Shown here one piece after another: positions 61,641-64,000 of a stretch of DNA of 64,000 bases (its first letter is position 1; the number at the start of each line of letters is the position of its first letter). Location: the NCBI GenBank assembly GCA_044344255.1, contig JBIJDH010000016.1, forward strand, positions 96,001-160,000, given 5' to 3'. The stretch is from Myxococcota bacterium. GTDB taxonomy: Bacteria; Myxococcota_A; UBA796; UBA2385. Below the pieces are notes generated by a model that ran no database searches, had not been told where the DNA came from, and saw only the letters and a list, made by a program, of their open reading frames with translations. Position numbers and translations under genes: made by a program.

Positions 61641-62275
61641 TTCGGATAAACCTACTCCCCGTCAAGACCTCGCGTCGCCAGGAGGCGGTGCGAAACGAGC
61701 TCATCCTCGCGGGTGTGGGCGTCGTGGTGCTCCTCCTCTTCCTCGCGGTCGCCCAGGTCGCGGTCACGGCGCGCGTGAACACGATCCGCCAGGAGAACGT
61801 GAAGCTCGGAGAAGAGATCCGGCGCACCCAAGAGATCGTCAAGGAGGTCGAACGCCAGGAGAAGCTCCAGGCTGACCTTCAGAAGAAGCTCGAGGTCATC
61901 AAGCGGCTCAAGGCCAACAAGTCGGGCCCGGTCCACATGATGGAGGAGCTCGCAAAGGCTTGCCCCGAGAAGCTCCAACTCGAGGGCCTCGACGAGAAGA
62001 AGGGGCGAATTGAGCTCACCGGCACCGCGGTCAGCAACGAGATCATCTCTCAGTTCCTGAGCAACCTCGAGCAGTCCGACTACTTCGAGGAGGTCTACCT
62101 GAACGCCATCGATCAGGTCGAGAAGGAAGGAGTAAAGCTCAAGAATTTCTCCATCACGGCGCGTCTCATCGTGCCCGGCACCGCCATCGTCCCGCCCGCG
62201 CCTGAGGCGGCGACCCCCGCGGCGCCTGCAGCGCCTGCGGCCCCTGCGGATGACAAGGGCCAGAAGGCCGGCTGA
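61637..62275 (+). CDS. pilN: Type IV pilus assembly protein PilN
   Basis: MIRINLLP signature, TM, coiled coil, GTAVSNEIISQFLSNL. Confidence 0.96.
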   Translation: MIRINLLPVKTSRRQEAVRNELILAGVGVVVLLLFLAVAQVAVTARVNTIRQENVKLGEEIRRTQEIVKEVERQEKLQADLQKKLEVIKRLKANKSGPVHMMEELAKACPEKLQLEGLDEKKGRIELTGTAVSNEIISQFLSNLEQSDYFEEVYLNAIDQVEKEGVKLKNFSITARLIVPGTAIVPPAPEAATPAAPAAPAAPADDKGQKAG

Positions 62276-62292
62276 GGCCCAGGAGAGCACCC

Positions 62293-62955
62293 GTGCAACT
62301 TTCACAGATCATCGAGCGGCTCGCCAAACTTCAGCGTGTGCAGCGCCTCGTGGGCTACGGCGCCACCTACATGGTGGTGCTGCTGCTGTATGTCTTCCTG
62401 TTTTACCTGCCGAAGAACAGCGACCTCGGGACCCTCCAGACGGAGCAGGCGAACCTGATCAAGCAGAAGCAGCAGGTGGAGGACCGAGTCAAGAACAAGG
62501 CGGCCCGAGACGCTGAGCTCCAGCAGCTCAACGCTGACCTCACCGCCGCGCTGAAGGAGCTCCCGAACGACCGGGAGATCCCCGGACTCCTCAAGGGCAT
62601 CAGCACCCTCGGCAAGAAGGTCGGGCTGGAGGTCAAGAAGTTCCAGCCGCTCCCCGAGGTGAAGAAGGAGTATGTGGCCGAGGTGCCCGTTCAGCTCGAG
62701 GTGGAGGGCGCGTACCACGAGGTGGGCATGTTCTTTGACCGCCTCGCCAAGATGAACCGCATCGTCTACGTGCAGGACATCGAGATGAGCGCCCCCCAGG
62801 AGCGCGGCGGGAAGGTGGTGTTGGCCGTCTCCGGCAACGTCGTCACCTTCCGCTTCCTCACCGATGAGGAGATCGCCGAGCAGGTGGCCGCCGAGAAGGC
62901 GAAGAAGGGCGGACGCAAGGGCAAACCGGCCGCCGCGGCGGGAGGTGAAGAGTGA
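62293..62955 (+). CDS. pilO: Type IV pilus assembly protein PilO
   Basis: LPNDREIPGLL, YHEVGMFFDRLAKMNRIV; operon order. Confidence 0.95.
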   Translation: MQLSQIIERLAKLQRVQRLVGYGATYMVVLLLYVFLFYLPKNSDLGTLQTEQANLIKQKQQVEDRVKNKAARDAELQQLNADLTAALKELPNDREIPGLLKGISTLGKKVGLEVKKFQPLPEVKKEYVAEVPVQLEVEGAYHEVGMFFDRLAKMNRIVYVQDIEMSAPQERGGKVVLAVSGNVVTFRFLTDEEIAEQVAAEKAKKGGRKGKPAAAAGGEE

Positions 62956-63533
62956 CCGCGTCTCCCACGTTCGGGTGCCGGCGGCTGGCGGAGCGCGGCG
63001 TCCGTGGCTCGGCCCTGTGCCTCGGCCTCGCCTTGCTCGGTGGCTGTGACTTCTTCATCTCCGGCAAGGGAGAGGGCGCGTCAGGCCCTCCCAAGGCGGT
63101 CGTGGCCGCGGCCCCAGCGGCGGTGGCGCCGGTCAAGAAGGTTGACCCCCTCACCGAGGCGATCGCGGCCCAGGAGGAGTACGTCTACAACCCGATCGGG
63201 CTCCGTGACCCCTTCCGCACCTTCCTGAGCTTCGCGGACGGTAGCCGCGACGACACGCCTCGGACGCCGCTGCAGGCCCATGACATCGAGCAGTACCAGC
63301 TGGTCGGCATCATCTGGGGCGTCGATCGCCCGCGCGCCCTCGTTCAAGACCCTGAAGGGACGGGCCACGTGATGGAGATCGGAACCTACATCGGGAAGAA
63401 TTGGGGCAAGGTCACTCAGATCAACAGCAATGAAGTGGTCGTGACCGAAGAATATCAGACGATTGACGGTGAGCTGGTGGTCAACAACATCAGCATGACG
63501 CTGCCCGTTGCTCCTGAAAAGGCGGTGCAGTGA
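62952..63533 (+). CDS. pilP: Type IV pilus lipoprotein PilP
   Basis: Lipobox LLGGC; YNPIGLRDPF, PLQAHDIEQYQLVGII, GTYIGKNWGKV. Confidence 0.95.
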   Translation: MTASPTFGCRRLAERGVRGSALCLGLALLGGCDFFISGKGEGASGPPKAVVAAAPAAVAPVKKVDPLTEAIAAQEEYVYNPIGLRDPFRTFLSFADGSRDDTPRTPLQAHDIEQYQLVGIIWGVDRPRALVQDPEGTGHVMEIGTYIGKNWGKVTQINSNEVVVTEEYQTIDGELVVNNISMTLPVAPEKAVQ

Positions 63534-63610
63534 TGGATCGGATTCGAACGGGCCCGAGCTCGGTGCATCGAAGCGGGATGCACAGACGTACGACGAAAAG
63601 GGGAGAGACG

Positions 63611-64000
63611 ATGCAAGGCAAGCGTGCAGGTGCCGGGCTGAGCTGGATCGCGGGCTGCCTGCTCTCCGTCCTCCTCGCGGGGTGGACGGGTGAGGCCAGC
63701 GCAGCGACGCTCCAGGGCGTTCAGGTGGTGGGCGGCGACGTCACGCAGGTGGTGTTGAACCTCGACAGCGACGCCGTGGAGACCGCGGTCAGCGCCTTCA
63801 CCATGTCCGACCCTGACCGCCTCGTCATCGACGTGACCGGGGTGAAGCTCGACGCCGCGCTGACGCAGGCCGCGGGAGACGGCCTTCTCATCGACCACGC
63901 CGAGGTCGTGGAGATGAGCTCCGGGCCCGATGACCTCGTCACCCGCGTCACGCTCTTCCTCAAGGCGCCGGTCGAGCATGTCGTCCGCGTCAGCGGCAGC
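63611..64000 (+). CDS. pilQ: Type IV pilus secretin PilQ, N-terminal AMIN domain (truncated by window edge)
   Basis: Signal peptide then AFTMSDPDRLVIDV (AMIN signature); follows pilP. Confidence 0.85.
   Translation, partial: MQGKRAGAGLSWIAGCLLSVLLAGWTGEASAATLQGVQVVGGDVTQVVLNLDSDAVETAVSAFTMSDPDRLVIDVTGVKLDAALTQAAGDGLLIDHAEVVEMSSGPDDLVTRVTLFLKAPVEHVVRVSGS

Overview
Very GC-rich chromosomal window, most likely from a Myxococcota-type deltaproteobacterium (inferred from a MYXO-CTERM-like sorting tail, several Ser/Thr kinases and the pilMNOPQ operon). About 48 CDSs can be supported. I found no rRNA, tRNA, integrase, transposase or true CRISPR array. Housekeeping and envelope genes include alkB-tetR, sulfatase-like hydrolases, two glutathione peroxidases, tesB, an E1 alpha/beta dehydrogenase, an S8 protease and pilMNOPQ. 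They flank an accessory region at about 13.3-25.6 kb containing: a solitary type I-E-like CRISPR repeat; an AT-richer divergent pair (caspase/CHAT-like protease and Abi/HEPN-like protein); and the best candidate for an undescribed system, a tightly coupled four-gene operon of KAP P-loop NTPase, soluble multi-GAF histidine kinase, stand-alone receiver and large HD-phosphohydrolase. Other highlights: an ECF sigma module whose promoter motif (GTCCAGGTCT-N12-CGTTG) can be read directly twice; a putative anti-sigma factor with articulin-like VPV repeats; a sigma54-type promoter in front of a structured intergenic sRNA candidate; an atypical fused DUF692 (MNIO) enzyme; and a subtilase with GSGLVSSPLG repeats. 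All family assignments come from motif recognition by eye; no database searches were run.
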